DNA from: Sulfurospirillum sp.
GTDB lineage: Bacteria > Campylobacterota > Campylobacteria > Campylobacterales > Sulfurospirillaceae
NCBI GenBank assembly: GCA_018058685.1
Contig: JAGOZL010000001.1
Coordinates: 2,152-66,151, forward strand
Reading direction: 5' to 3'
DNA length: 64,000 bases
Position 1 is the first letter of the stretch, and the number at the start of each line of letters is the position of its first letter. The notes beneath the pieces are model-generated. The model saw nothing but the letters and a program-made list of their open reading frames with translations. It ran no database searches and was not told the origin of the DNA. The translations under genes were made by a program, and so were the position numbers. Of this stretch, positions 42,201-52,074 are shown piece by piece.

Positions 42201-43722
42201 GACGCTCATCTCTCCTCCTCCTCATCATGATATCTACTCGATTGAGGATTTGGCGCAACTTATTTTTGATATGAAGCAGATTAATCCTGATGCCGTCATA
42301 ACTGTTAAACTTGTTTCAACGGCAGGTGTCGGAACCATTGCGGCAGGTGTGGCAAAAGCGTATGCGGATAAGATTATTATCTCAGGAGGCGATGGTGGTA
42401 CGGGTGCTGCACCTTTGACATCCATCAAGTTCGCAGGAAATCCTTGGGAGATTGGGTTGAGTGAAGCGCATAATGCATTAAAAGCCAACCACCTACGTGA
42501 TAGCGTGCATCTTCAAACCGATGGTGGTTTAAAAACAGGTTTAGATGTCGTTAAAGCTGCTTTATTAGGAGCGGAAAGCTATGCCTTTGGAACGCTTTCT
42601 TTAACTATCATTGGATGTAAAGTCCTTCGCGTATGCCATCTGAACCGATGTTCGGTGGGTGTTGCCACACAAGATGAGAAGCTTCGAGAGCATTTTGTTG
42701 GAACGGTTGATAAACTTGTTAATTTCTTCACCCTTTTAGCGGAAGATGTGAGAGAAATTCTTGCGCACCTTGGTTATACGCATATGGAAGAGATTATTGG
42801 ACGAAGTGACCTTTTACATGTAATTGATGACAGCTTTGCGAAGAAGTTTGATTTCTCTTCCGTGCTTATGCGATTGGAGGGTCCAAATACACACAATGGT
42901 AAATCAAATGATCCGTTTGACAAAAATGAATTTGAAAAAGAGATTTTGAAAGAAATTTACAAAGTGATTGAAAATCCACAAGAAAAAGTGGTCTTGCATA
43001 AAAAAATCGCAAACACTAACCGAAGCTTTGGAACGCTCATCAGTGGAGAAATTGCGAAGTTTTATGGCAATAAAGGCTTAAAAGACGACAGCATCAGTTT
43101 TAGACTCAATGGTGTAGCAGGTCAATCTTTGGGAGCATTTTTAGCCAATGGTATTTCGATTAACCTAAAAGGTACGGCGAATGATTATGTTGGCAAGGGA
43201 ATGAATGGCGGCAAGATTGTCATCGCTCCGAAATTCCAAGGCAGAGGCTATTCATGTGCAGGTAATACATGTTTGTATGGCGCAACGGGCGGAAAACTTT
43301 TTGTTGCAGGTAATGTGGGTGAGCGTTTTTGTGTACGAAACTCTGGTGCAACAGCTGTTGTTGAAGGAACAGGAGATCATGCGTGTGAGTACATGACGGG
43401 TGGACTGGTTGCTATTTTAGGAAATACAGGGGTCAATTTTGGTGCGGGTATGACGGGAGGTATTGCGTTTGTTTATGACGAATCACGTGATTTTATCGAT
43501 AAACTCAACCAAGAACTGGTTATTGCAGAGCGTATTGACACCGATGATATGGACGAAGCGCGCCATTTCTTGAAGCGACTTTTACGAACGCATATTAATG
43601 AAACAGCGAGTTTTAGAGCAACACAAATTTTAGAGAACTTCCGCCATGCGGTAAGAGATTTTTGGATGGTGCGACCAAAAGATATGACCAAGGTTCCACT
43701 CAATCCTGAGCAAGGAGACTAA
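39298..43722 (+). CDS. gltB: Glutamate synthase large subunit
   Basis: N-terminal CGFG, HQRFSTNT, QIASGRFGV, CKVLRVCHLNRCSVG [3Fe-4S] motif, GXGXG domain. Confidence 0.98.
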   Translation: MDLIRGFKDNCGFGLIANVKNIPTHNTVEDAICALERMMHRGAIAADGKSGDGSGLLFSMPTEFMKQEAHKLGVDLPKQFAVAMIFMHNDEQKKVFEDTCEQNDLKVLLYREVPVKIKALGKLALETLPKIVQAFVTPSSLIATKRFEALLYLTRKLVERKLAHESEFYIASFSSKVVSYKGLVMPTYIKTFFPDLSDAAFKATFALFHQRFSTNTLPKWKLAQPFRTLAHNGEINSISANRFFTQVKSECMKSALFSQEELNKLFPLTTDDVSDSASLDNMFEFMLINGFDFFKAVRSLIPAPWQNAPHMDSELRAFYEYSSINFEPWDGPAAISLTDGRHIACVLDRNGLRPAKYIITKDDRIIISSEYGVLDIDEDTIIERGRLQSGQMIGIDLKFGKIMKNEDINDYLKSSNTYTEWLNKGLVYLQEFVDIPFSKTEDYVRENLELEQRFFNITQEVNNMVIEPMMKDGKEGVGSMGDDTPIAAFSQVQRNFSDYFKQKFAQVTNPPIDPIREKVVMSLTTGFGEIRNILEETPEHAVYIKTISPVLMQEKYEVLASFGDPSKPRYKPEYKNRYFSTLFEDNLKGSLEDLAYDIVQAVKNEGVRVIFLDDRGMNEKLKPMPMPMVIGRVNQVLLDEGVRSLASIVAISGEIVDSHSSACMIGFGASAIYPYLLYATALDACKKSNLGAYEIKTRLKNINHALGQGLMKVMSKMGIATIASYQNSALFDVIGLSSDIVNECFNGAISLIPGLKYEDIEARLNSNHALAYELKLTTKLFPLEIGGFYKYIDGKEYHDYHPYAIHAIHKATVTGEKKDFHEFTKLVNNRGFKMVRDFFELKSDREPIALEKVESKEAIFKRFATAAMSLGSISPEAHEALAEAMNTIGGMSNSGEGGEAPERLKSIKNSKIKQIASGRFGVTPEYLRSATEIQIKVAQGAKPGEGGQLPGHKVTPLIASLRYTIPGVTLISPPPHHDIYSIEDLAQLIFDMKQINPDAVITVKLVSTAGVGTIAAGVAKAYADKIIISGGDGGTGAAPLTSIKFAGNPWEIGLSEAHNALKANHLRDSVHLQTDGGLKTGLDVVKAALLGAESYAFGTLSLTIIGCKVLRVCHLNRCSVGVATQDEKLREHFVGTVDKLVNFFTLLAEDVREILAHLGYTHMEEIIGRSDLLHVIDDSFAKKFDFSSVLMRLEGPNTHNGKSNDPFDKNEFEKEILKEIYKVIENPQEKVVLHKKIANTNRSFGTLISGEIAKFYGNKGLKDDSISFRLNGVAGQSLGAFLANGISINLKGTANDYVGKGMNGGKIVIAPKFQGRGYSCAGNTCLYGATGGKLFVAGNVGERFCVRNSGATAVVEGTGDHACEYMTGGLVAILGNTGVNFGAGMTGGIAFVYDESRDFIDKLNQELVIAERIDTDDMDEARHFLKRLLRTHINETASFRATQILENFRHAVRDFWMVRPKDMTKVPLNPEQGD

Positions 43723-43723
43723 G

Positions 43724-45106
43724 ATGCAAAATTTTGTCAATGAAGAAAGATACGAGCCACGAAAACGCTCCAGTGGAGATAGGGTTAAAGATTTTAAAGA
43801 GATTTATGAAATTTTTTCTCGTGAGGATGCGAGTATTCAAGCCGATCGTTGTATTCAGTGTGGCGATCCCTTTTGCCATAGCAAATGTCCTTTGCATAAC
43901 TACATCCCTTTTTGGCTCAAATCGACCAGTGCGATGAACCGAGAGCTCTCTTTTAAGCTCTCCAACGAAACCAATCCGTTTCCAGAGATTACAGGACGTA
44001 TCTGTCCTCAGGATAGATTGTGCGAGGGTGATTGTACGCTTAACGATGGTCATGGTGCGATTACCATTGGTGCGATTGAGACCTTTATCTCTGAAGAGGG
44101 ATTTAAAAAAGGGTTAAAGCCAACATTTCCTGGCATTACAACCAAGAAAAAAGTGGCGATTATCGGAGCAGGACCTGCGGGGATGGCGTGTGCGACTTAT
44201 TTGCTTCGTGCGGGTATCGCGGTAAGTTTGTATGACAGACAAAATAAAGCGGGTGGACTTTTAACCTATGGAATCCCCGGTTTCAAGCTCGATAAAGATG
44301 TTGTGGCTCGAAGAATGTTATGGCTTCAAGAAGCAGGAGCCTCTTTACATGTAAATACACAAGTAGGAAAAGATATCTCTTTTGATGAAATTGCACATAA
44401 CCATGACGCCATCTTTTTAGGCATCGGTGCTGAGAGTGCACGAAAAGCTAATATTGCCAATGAAAATGCCTCAGGTGTCTTTAGTGCGATTGATTTTCTA
44501 CGTGCCATTCAGAAAAAACTCTTTAATGAAGCGTACGATAAGAAGTATGAAGTCAAAGGTAAACACGTTGTGGTTGTCGGTGGTGGCGATACGGCGATGG
44601 ATTGTTTGAGAAGCTCTATTCGTGAGGGTGCAAAAAGTGTGACTTGTCTTTACCGACGTGATAAATACAATATGCCAGGAAGCAAAAAAGAGTTTAAAAA
44701 TGCCATCGAAGAGGGTGCTGAGTTTGTCTTTAACGTGACACCAAAAGAGATTTTGGTGAACTCTGAGGGACATGTGATTGGCATCGATATGCACAAAACG
44801 ATGTTAGGCTCAAAAGATGCCTCATGTCGTCAATGCGTCGAAATCGTCAAAGGCGGAGACTTTAGAGTGGATGCTGATGTGATTATCTTTGCTTTGGGTT
44901 TTTCACCGACAGTTCCTAGCTTTTTAGCAGAAAATGGTATCGAAGTGAATAAATCAGGCTGTATTGTTGTCGGTAAAGATTACCAAACCAGTAAGCTAGG
45001 TGTTTATGCGGGTGGAGATTGTAAGCGAGGTTCCGATTTGGTTGTCACAGCGGCTAAAGAGGGAAAAGAAGCCGCACATCATATCATCAAAAAATTGCTT
45101 GGATAG
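43724..45106 (+). CDS. gltD: Glutamate synthase small subunit
   Basis: RCIQCGDPFC..KCP, GRICPQDRLCEGDC, GGGDTAMDC. Confidence 0.96.
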   Translation: MQNFVNEERYEPRKRSSGDRVKDFKEIYEIFSREDASIQADRCIQCGDPFCHSKCPLHNYIPFWLKSTSAMNRELSFKLSNETNPFPEITGRICPQDRLCEGDCTLNDGHGAITIGAIETFISEEGFKKGLKPTFPGITTKKKVAIIGAGPAGMACATYLLRAGIAVSLYDRQNKAGGLLTYGIPGFKLDKDVVARRMLWLQEAGASLHVNTQVGKDISFDEIAHNHDAIFLGIGAESARKANIANENASGVFSAIDFLRAIQKKLFNEAYDKKYEVKGKHVVVVGGGDTAMDCLRSSIREGAKSVTCLYRRDKYNMPGSKKEFKNAIEEGAEFVFNVTPKEILVNSEGHVIGIDMHKTMLGSKDASCRQCVEIVKGGDFRVDADVIIFALGFSPTVPSFLAENGIEVNKSGCIVVGKDYQTSKLGVYAGGDCKRGSDLVVTAAKEGKEAAHHIIKKLLG

Positions 45107-45114
45107 AGCACTTT

Positions 45115-45840
45115 GTGGCATTCATTGAAGCCGTTTTAAATGCAAATCGAGAAATATTTGACGCTTTACATGTAAAAGGGTTGGTAGAGAAAGACTACCA
45201 ACCCTTTGAAGTGGGTGCAGGTGGCGATATCAGCTCAGGTATTGATTTATTGGCTGAAAAGATTTTTGTAAAGTATCTAAACTCTTTTGGCACTATCTTC
45301 TCTGAAGAAAGTGGTGTATTTCCTAGCAGTCAAAACACAATAGAAATTATCATCGACCCCATCGATGGAAGTGATAATCTCCTTTCCCATCTTCCTTATT
45401 TTGGAACCTCTGTTGCGTATAAACAAGAGGGAAAATGCACGCAAGCCATCATCACCAATCTTTCCAATGGTGACGTTTTTATTAAAAACTCTGAAGGTTT
45501 ACGTAAAGGAAAACTTTATCGTGATACGTTTGAGCACGTTACATGTAATGCTTTTTCAAAAGTAGGTATTTTTGAACGCTCTTATTGTTCCCAAAAAGTC
45601 CTTCCAAAACTCCACTCATTAGGGTTAAAATACCGCTCACCCGGAGCCTTTGCACTTTCGTTAGCCTATGCGCATGAAGTCTCTTTTGTACTGTATGAAG
45701 GGGTGATGCGCTCCTATGATGTTGAAGCAGGACTCTTTATGTGTGAGGACTTATACACCTATTTTAAGGACGATATTTTCCTCGTAAGTAAAGATAAGGA
45801 AATTTTCGATAAAATCTCCCAATTATTTATAAGCAATTAG
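45115..45840 (+). CDS. Inositol monophosphatase/FBPase superfamily protein
   Basis: SEESG, IIDPIDGSDN, YDVEAG. Confidence 0.85.
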   Translation: MAFIEAVLNANREIFDALHVKGLVEKDYQPFEVGAGGDISSGIDLLAEKIFVKYLNSFGTIFSEESGVFPSSQNTIEIIIDPIDGSDNLLSHLPYFGTSVAYKQEGKCTQAIITNLSNGDVFIKNSEGLRKGKLYRDTFEHVTCNAFSKVGIFERSYCSQKVLPKLHSLGLKYRSPGAFALSLAYAHEVSFVLYEGVMRSYDVEAGLFMCEDLYTYFKDDIFLVSKDKEIFDKISQLFISN

Positions 45841-45863
45841 CTTAAAAAGAGGATAACCCTACA

Positions 45864-46739
45864 ATGCGATTTGCAGAAATTTTTAGCAAAATTCGAAAAA
45901 CACAATCAGCCCCAAGTGAAGCTCCAAGCCATTGGGTGAAGTGTAGTGAGTGTCAATCATTGATGTATTACAAAGAGATTGAACAGCGTTTCAATGTCTG
46001 CCCAAAATGTGGTTTCCATATGCGCATTTCGGCAAAACAGCGCATCGAGCAACTCTGTGATGAGGGAAGTTTTGTTGAGTTTGATGCGAACTTGGCTCCT
46101 GTGGACCCTTTAAAATTTGTGGATAAAAAATCGTATAAAAAACGTATTGAAGAAGCCGAAGAAAAAACAGGCAAAACCTCTTCTGTAGTGTGCGGAGCAT
46201 GTACGATTGAAGGCATTGCAACACAGCTCGTTGTTTTTGATTTTGCGTTTATGGGTGGAAGTTTAGGCTCTGTTGAGGGTGAGAAAATCGTTCGAGCGAT
46301 TAATCGTGCTATCGCTAATAAAGAAGGTTTAATCATCGTCAGTGCCAGTGGGGGTGCTCGTATGCAAGAGAGTACATTTTCATTGCTACAAATGTCTAAA
46401 ACGTCAGCAGCCCTCGCAAAACTCTCCGAAGCAAAACTCCCTTATATTTCTATCTTAACCGACCCAACGATGGGTGGGGTGAGTGCATCATTTGCATTTC
46501 TTGGCGATATTATTATGGCAGAACCAGGTGCATTAGTTGGTTTTGCGGGTCAGAGGGTTATTAAGCAGACGATTGGGGCTGATTTACCTGAAGGGTTTCA
46601 GCGTGCAGAGTTTTTATTGAGCCACGGTTTGATTGATATGATTGTCACCCGTACCGAGATGAAAAAAGTCGTCGCCGATTTACTCAAACTTTTGGGTGAG
46701 CATTGTGGTAAAGGCGAATTTGAGTTACGGTTTAAATAA
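45864..46739 (+). CDS. accD: Acetyl-CoA carboxylase carboxyltransferase beta subunit
   Basis: WVKCSEC...CPKC Zn finger, FMGGSLG, SGGARMQE, PEGFQRAE. Confidence 0.97.
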   Translation: MRFAEIFSKIRKTQSAPSEAPSHWVKCSECQSLMYYKEIEQRFNVCPKCGFHMRISAKQRIEQLCDEGSFVEFDANLAPVDPLKFVDKKSYKKRIEEAEEKTGKTSSVVCGACTIEGIATQLVVFDFAFMGGSLGSVEGEKIVRAINRAIANKEGLIIVSASGGARMQESTFSLLQMSKTSAALAKLSEAKLPYISILTDPTMGGVSASFAFLGDIIMAEPGALVGFAGQRVIKQTIGADLPEGFQRAEFLLSHGLIDMIVTRTEMKKVVADLLKLLGEHCGKGEFELRFK

Positions 46740-47194
46740 TGCATATTAAGGTCTTTACCATCGAAAAAAGTAGCGATAAAGCCCTCGATGGTATTGCCCA
46801 AGAATTTACAAAGATGATTTCACGATTTGCAAAAGTCGAAGAGATTAAGATATTTAACAAACAAATTGCCCTGTCTCAAAGCCTTGGAGAAAAAGAAGCA
46901 CGTGCTTCTTACACCAAAGCGTATGAACCCTTTTTAAAAGGGTACAATGTTGCGTTGGATGTTGAGGGATTACATGTAAACTCTCATGAATTTAGTAGCC
47001 TTTTTGAGCACGATGTTAGTGTTAACTTTTTTATCGGAGGCGCTTTTGGATTTGAACGTGCTTTTTTGCAACAAACTCAAAAGATTATAAGTTTAAGTAG
47101 ATTAACATATGCGCACAAAATTGCGAAAGTGGTTTTGTTTGAACAGATTTATCGTGGGTTATGTATAAAAAACAACCATCCGTATCATAAGTAG
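46739..47194 (+). CDS. rlmH: 23S rRNA pseudouridine1915 N3-methyltransferase
   Basis: FFIGGAFG, SLSRLT, EQIYRG, HPYHK. Confidence 0.94.
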   Translation: MHIKVFTIEKSSDKALDGIAQEFTKMISRFAKVEEIKIFNKQIALSQSLGEKEARASYTKAYEPFLKGYNVALDVEGLHVNSHEFSSLFEHDVSVNFFIGGAFGFERAFLQQTQKIISLSRLTYAHKIAKVVLFEQIYRGLCIKNNHPYHK

Positions 47195-47235
47195 TTGATT
47201 ATAATAAGGCCAATTTTTTTTAAAGGAAAACGGGA

Positions 47236-47595
47236 ATGAGAGAGCATGAATTGAAGCACTTTGAGGACATCCTTAAAGAAAGAAAAGTGCAAATCAAGAA
47301 AAATATCGAAGATTCGATGCGAGAGATAGAAGATTTAAAAGACAATGAAGTAGGCGATGAAGCAGACCATGCTTCTGTGAGTACAGATCGTATGATAGAG
47401 CAAGCCATTAGTGCGCAACAGATGCGAGAGCTAGGTGAGATTGAATTTGCCCTCAACAAGATTCGTAATAACAGTTATGGTATTTGTGAAATGTGCGAAG
47501 AAGATATAGGCTTTCAACGCTTAAAAGTCAAACCTCATGCGCGTTATTGCATCGTGTGTCGTGAAATTATCGAAAAATCTGCCAAAAACAAATAG
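47236..47595 (+). CDS. dksA: RNA polymerase-binding protein DksA
   Basis: GDEADHA, YGICEMCEEDI..RL...P.ARYCIVC. Confidence 0.93.
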   Translation: MREHELKHFEDILKERKVQIKKNIEDSMREIEDLKDNEVGDEADHASVSTDRMIEQAISAQQMRELGEIEFALNKIRNNSYGICEMCEEDIGFQRLKVKPHARYCIVCREIIEKSAKNK

Positions 47596-47604
47596 GAAAA
47601 AAGT

Positions 47605-48615
47605 ATGGGAATCAAACGTTATATCCTTTTGACACTTATTTATATGATAGCCGTAGGACTGTATGTCTATAGTTTTAATGGAGAGCTCTATACGCTTGAA
47701 CTTTTTGGTCTATCGTTGAATATGCCAATCGCGGTATGGGTTATTGTCCCTGTTATCCTTTTGTTTGTAGCGACCATCATACACCTTGTGTTTTATAACT
47801 TCAAAGACTTTTTGCACCAACGAGCATTGAAAAAAGACTTTGAGACCTTTAAAGAGGTTGCAAAGCTCCGTATTTTGAGTGAAAAAGGAAATGGTTCGTT
47901 TAAAACGGAAGGTTTTAAAGCTGTAGGCGACATGCTAAGCGTTATGAAATTTGATGCGAATGCGGATGTCACACTTTTTGATACAGAGCTCGCAAAAGCA
48001 CATGAAGTTGCTCGAAGTATTCATTCAGGCAATTATGAAGATTTGAAAAAATATAAATTAGCAAAAGAGAACCCTTTGGTGATTCAAAACAGCATCAATC
48101 GTCTCAGCAGTGAGCCAAAATATGCTTTTGAAGTGTTGAAAACATGCAAAGATAAAAACAGTGAATTGTGCATCAAAGCGTACGATGCTTTGTTAAATAT
48201 TGCCAGTTTCAATGAAATTAAGCGCTATGATTTTGCTCCCGATAAACGAACATTCCGTCGTATGATGGAGCGTTATTTGGATGCAGATGACAGCTTTGAG
48301 ATGGATATTAAATCGATTGAAGATATGCTTGAGCAGTTTAACGCGGATCGTGCGGATTATTTAGAGCTGGCACGTGAAATCAAAATCAAACTAAGCCCTG
48401 ATGCCTTAATTGCATTGTTTGAAAAGCTTTACAATACTAAAGGCACCGTTGCTGCAGATGCTTATTTGTATGTGCTTTACGATTTACAGATGATTGATAA
48501 AATTCGTGAGATTTTAGATAATTCTGATAGCGATGAGTTTGTGAAGTTTAAAACGGTTATTTTCTTACGAGACCATGGAAAAAGCATCGATATCGATAAA
48601 TTTTTGCGCGTATGA
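47605..48615 (+). CDS. Conserved membrane-anchored helical protein of unknown function
   Basis: 336 aa, two N-terminal TM helices and a helical cytoplasmic domain; between dksA and dus. Confidence 0.75.
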   Translation: MGIKRYILLTLIYMIAVGLYVYSFNGELYTLELFGLSLNMPIAVWVIVPVILLFVATIIHLVFYNFKDFLHQRALKKDFETFKEVAKLRILSEKGNGSFKTEGFKAVGDMLSVMKFDANADVTLFDTELAKAHEVARSIHSGNYEDLKKYKLAKENPLVIQNSINRLSSEPKYAFEVLKTCKDKNSELCIKAYDALLNIASFNEIKRYDFAPDKRTFRRMMERYLDADDSFEMDIKSIEDMLEQFNADRADYLELAREIKIKLSPDALIALFEKLYNTKGTVAADAYLYVLYDLQMIDKIREILDNSDSDEFVKFKTVIFLRDHGKSIDIDKFLRV

Positions 48616-49547
48616 GTGAAGAGATAGACTTTAGCAAGAGCATCTTAGCTCTTGCACCCCTTGCTGGTTTTACCGATCTTCCCTTCCGTAACGTTGTCAA
48701 ACAATTTGGAGCTGACCTCACATTTTCAGAGATGATTAGTGCCAATGCACTAAAATATCGCTGTGCTAAGACCTTTCGTATGCTTGAAAAATCCCCTTTA
48801 GAGACTCCTTACATCGTACAAATTGCTGGGTCTGACTTGAATAATATCAAAGAAGCGATTTTAATCCTTAATGACATTGAAGGGATTGATGGGATTGATT
48901 TGAATTGCGGGTGTCCTGTACCTAAAATTATCTCCCAAGAAGCAGGTTCTTCACTGTTACTTGATCTTCCTAAAATGCAAAAAATCATAGAGACCATTAA
49001 GACACACTCAACGAAGCGGTACACCAGTGCGAAAGTACGTTTAGGGTTTAACACAAAAATTCCTGAAGAGATTGCTAAAGCGTGTGAGAGTGCAGGGGTG
49101 GATTTTTTAAGTGTACATGGACGAACACGCTCAGGTGGATACACTGCTGAGGTGGATTATGCAGCAATTGCTAGAGCGAAGCAAGCAGTTAGCATTCCTG
49201 TTTTTGCCAATGGTGATATCACCAATTATGAAAAAGCGTTACATGTAAAAGAGCTCACGGGATGCAACCACCTTATGATTGGACGAGGTGCCGTTGGAAA
49301 TCCTTGGATTTTTTATCAAATCAAGCACGAACTTTTTAAGGTCGAAAAAGAAAAAATAGCGCAGATTGTTTTAGAGCATTATGATAGTATGTGTGCTTTT
49401 TATGGTGAAAAAGGGCCATCCATTTTTCGTAAACATTTACATACCTATTCTAAAGGAATGAGAGAGGCTTCAGAATTTCGTGACCGTATCAATCGCATTG
49501 ATGATGCAGTGGTGATGCGAGAAGCTATTCAAGCTTTTTTTGTTTAA
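48612..49547 (+). CDS. dusB: tRNA-dihydrouridine synthase
   Basis: LAPLAGFTD, IDLNCGCP, VHGRT, ANGDI, MIGRG. Confidence 0.9.
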   Translation: MSEEIDFSKSILALAPLAGFTDLPFRNVVKQFGADLTFSEMISANALKYRCAKTFRMLEKSPLETPYIVQIAGSDLNNIKEAILILNDIEGIDGIDLNCGCPVPKIISQEAGSSLLLDLPKMQKIIETIKTHSTKRYTSAKVRLGFNTKIPEEIAKACESAGVDFLSVHGRTRSGGYTAEVDYAAIARAKQAVSIPVFANGDITNYEKALHVKELTGCNHLMIGRGAVGNPWIFYQIKHELFKVEKEKIAQIVLEHYDSMCAFYGEKGPSIFRKHLHTYSKGMREASEFRDRINRIDDAVVMREAIQAFFV

Positions 49548-49624
49548 AAAAAGCACAGTTTTATCACACGTTAAAAGTTGCTTTATGCTACAATCAGACA
49601 AGAAGAAACATAGGGGAAAGGTGT

Positions 49625-51706
49625 ATGGTATCACTTGGGCTACGCGGGCGTAGTATCGTTGTTAGCATTGCTATTTTTCTGATTGTTGGACTGACAAGTT
49701 TAACGTTTATTTATCAATTTGCGCGTTCGATGAGCTTTACATTAGGTAAAGAGTACACAAGCGAGCATGCACTACGTTATAGTGACAAACTCTCCGATAT
49801 GCTTGGATTTAATATCCGCTTAGCCGAAAAAATTTCATCCTCTCGTTTACTGACTTCATGGCTTTTAAATGAAGAGGATGAAGAGGCCAAAGTTCGAGCG
49901 CTAAAGATGATGAATGACTCTGTGAGCATTAGCTTAGCAGATAGCTGGTTTGTTGCTTTTGAGGAGAGTGGGCATTACTATTTTGATGATAAAATCAACA
50001 GCTATCAGGGAAAAGAGCGTGTGAAAAAGCTCTCGATTGACACATCAGATGATGCATGGTTTTATCATACCTTACGTTCAGCCAAACCGTATAATCTTAA
50101 TATTGATTATGACAGTGCGGTTAATGCTACAAAATTGTGGCTTAATATGCCCGTACGCTTTGAGGGTAAAGTCTTAGCTGTGATTGGGTTTGGGATTGAT
50201 TACCAAGCTTTTATTGATGCGTATGTTGCAACGCATAAGGACTCTTTTGATGCGATGATTTTAAATCTTAAAGGTGCAATTTTAGGTTCCAATCATGCAA
50301 CGCAAATGACGCAAAAAATTCATACAAGTGACCCTGCGTCATGGCGTACGATTTGGCCACTTTTGGATAATCCTAGTCAAGAACGTCTTCAAAAAATACT
50401 TCAAACCCTTCCTTATGGCAAAACAAAAACGATGACAACGGAGCTTAAAGTTGAAGGCAAACAGTACATCGCAGCTGTTTCGTATTTGCCTCATTTGGAT
50501 TGGGTTGCATTATCTATGGTTAATACAGAGGCTATTTTTAGTTTGCATGAGATGACCTCAAGCTTTCTTATCTTTTTAATGTTAGCAACATTGACTGCGA
50601 TAGGAACGTATTGGATGGCACATCGTTATTTACTCAAACCCATTGTCAATCTCTCCATGATTGCTAAAGCCGTGTCAAAAGGGGATTATAAAAAACGAGT
50701 CGATGCCAATATGGAACGCAAAGATGAGCTTTCCACGCTGTGTGTTTTAGTTAATGAGATGATTGACAAGGTCGAAGATGCCACAGAATCTGCACTTGAA
50801 CGCTACCGCTGGTTGGCAGAAAATTCACATGATGTTATTTGGGTTATGGATTTGCACGGTAAATTTATCTATGTGAGTCCCTCAGTGCAAAGGCTTCGAG
50901 GTTTTAGTGCGGAAGAAGTGATGGCACAGCCTTTTGAAGAGGTGATATGCGAGAGTTCACGTCATGCTGTTTTGCAATCAATGGAAGAAGCGGTTTTAGA
51001 AGCACAGCGAGGCAATACTCCTAAAGCCAAAACGTTGCTTGTGGAACAACCGTGTAAAGATGGAAGTACAGTTTGGACAGAGGTCAATGCTCGATTGGTG
51101 ATTAATCTCAAAGATAGCTCGATGCAATTTATTGGAGTGACACGTGACATTACAGAGCGTTTGGTGGCGGAAGAAGAGATAAAAAAACTAGCATTTTATG
51201 ACCCGCTTACCCATCTTGCCAATCGACGATTGCTCTTAGATCGATTGGAGAGTCAGTTGTTTACATGTAAACGTAAACATTGCTTTGGAAGTGTTGTTTT
51301 TTTAGATTTGGATTACTTTAAGCCACTCAATGACACGCACGGACACCAATTAGGCGATGAGCTTTTAGTTGAGGTTGGAAAGCGTTTAAAAGCATCTATT
51401 CGCGCAAGTGATACAGCAGGGCGTTTTGGTGGTGATGAGTTTGTCGTCTTACTCAGTGAGTTAGGAGATTCCAAAGAGGATGCTCGCCAGATGGCGACCA
51501 CCATTGCCAATAAAATCGGTGCAGCTCTTGCCCAACCTTACGTGCTTTCCACCGTGACGTATACTCTGAGTGCCAGTATAGGTGTAGTGCTTTTTGGTGA
51601 AAATGACAGTGATGCAAAAGCTATCTTAGATGAAGCCGACAGTGTAATGTATCAAGCTAAAGAGTCAGGCAAAGAGTGTGTGGTGGTTAAAGGACGGTTT
51701 ATTTAA
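49625..51706 (+). CDS. Sensor diguanylate cyclase (periplasmic Cache-like, HAMP, PAS, GGDEF)
   Basis: Two TM helices, HAMP (KDELSTL), PAS (YVSPS), YDPLTHLANR, RASD I-site, intact GGDEF. Confidence 0.92.
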   Translation: MVSLGLRGRSIVVSIAIFLIVGLTSLTFIYQFARSMSFTLGKEYTSEHALRYSDKLSDMLGFNIRLAEKISSSRLLTSWLLNEEDEEAKVRALKMMNDSVSISLADSWFVAFEESGHYYFDDKINSYQGKERVKKLSIDTSDDAWFYHTLRSAKPYNLNIDYDSAVNATKLWLNMPVRFEGKVLAVIGFGIDYQAFIDAYVATHKDSFDAMILNLKGAILGSNHATQMTQKIHTSDPASWRTIWPLLDNPSQERLQKILQTLPYGKTKTMTTELKVEGKQYIAAVSYLPHLDWVALSMVNTEAIFSLHEMTSSFLIFLMLATLTAIGTYWMAHRYLLKPIVNLSMIAKAVSKGDYKKRVDANMERKDELSTLCVLVNEMIDKVEDATESALERYRWLAENSHDVIWVMDLHGKFIYVSPSVQRLRGFSAEEVMAQPFEEVICESSRHAVLQSMEEAVLEAQRGNTPKAKTLLVEQPCKDGSTVWTEVNARLVINLKDSSMQFIGVTRDITERLVAEEEIKKLAFYDPLTHLANRRLLLDRLESQLFTCKRKHCFGSVVFLDLDYFKPLNDTHGHQLGDELLVEVGKRLKASIRASDTAGRFGGDEFVVLLSELGDSKEDARQMATTIANKIGAALAQPYVLSTVTYTLSASIGVVLFGENDSDAKAILDEADSVMYQAKESGKECVVVKGRFI

Positions 51707-52074
51707 TACCCATCTTCAAAGTCATTTTTTTGATGTTTTGATTTTTTATAACTTCCTTTATTACGCTCTTTTTCAATTAAATTTGCCTCTTTTAACAATA
51801 CTCTATGCTTGGTTTCATGTTCCATGTCCGTATCTTTAATGGTGCGCAAAACCGTTTCAACATACGCTTCTAACAAAGACATATAGGTCGAATCAAGCCT
51901 AACAGGCTCAACTTTACGTAACACTTTAAGACTTTTTTCTACTCTGCGCTCAAAAAGTGCGATATCAAAACTTTCTGCTTTGAGCGCGCCACTACAGCTT
52001 CCCAAAAAACGCTCTAGCGCACGAATATATTTAACCCGTTGCTCTTTTGGATTTATATCAAGAGACAATTTCAT
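51703..52074 (-). CDS. Conserved hypothetical protein
   Basis: 123 aa, coupled to the upstream AEC gene; ends EKERNKGSYKKSKH. Confidence 0.7.
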   Translation of the reverse strand: MKLSLDINPKEQRVKYIRALERFLGSCSGALKAESFDIALFERRVEKSLKVLRKVEPVRLDSTYMSLLEAYVETVLRTIKDTDMEHETKHRVLLKEANLIEKERNKGSYKKSKHQKNDFEDGY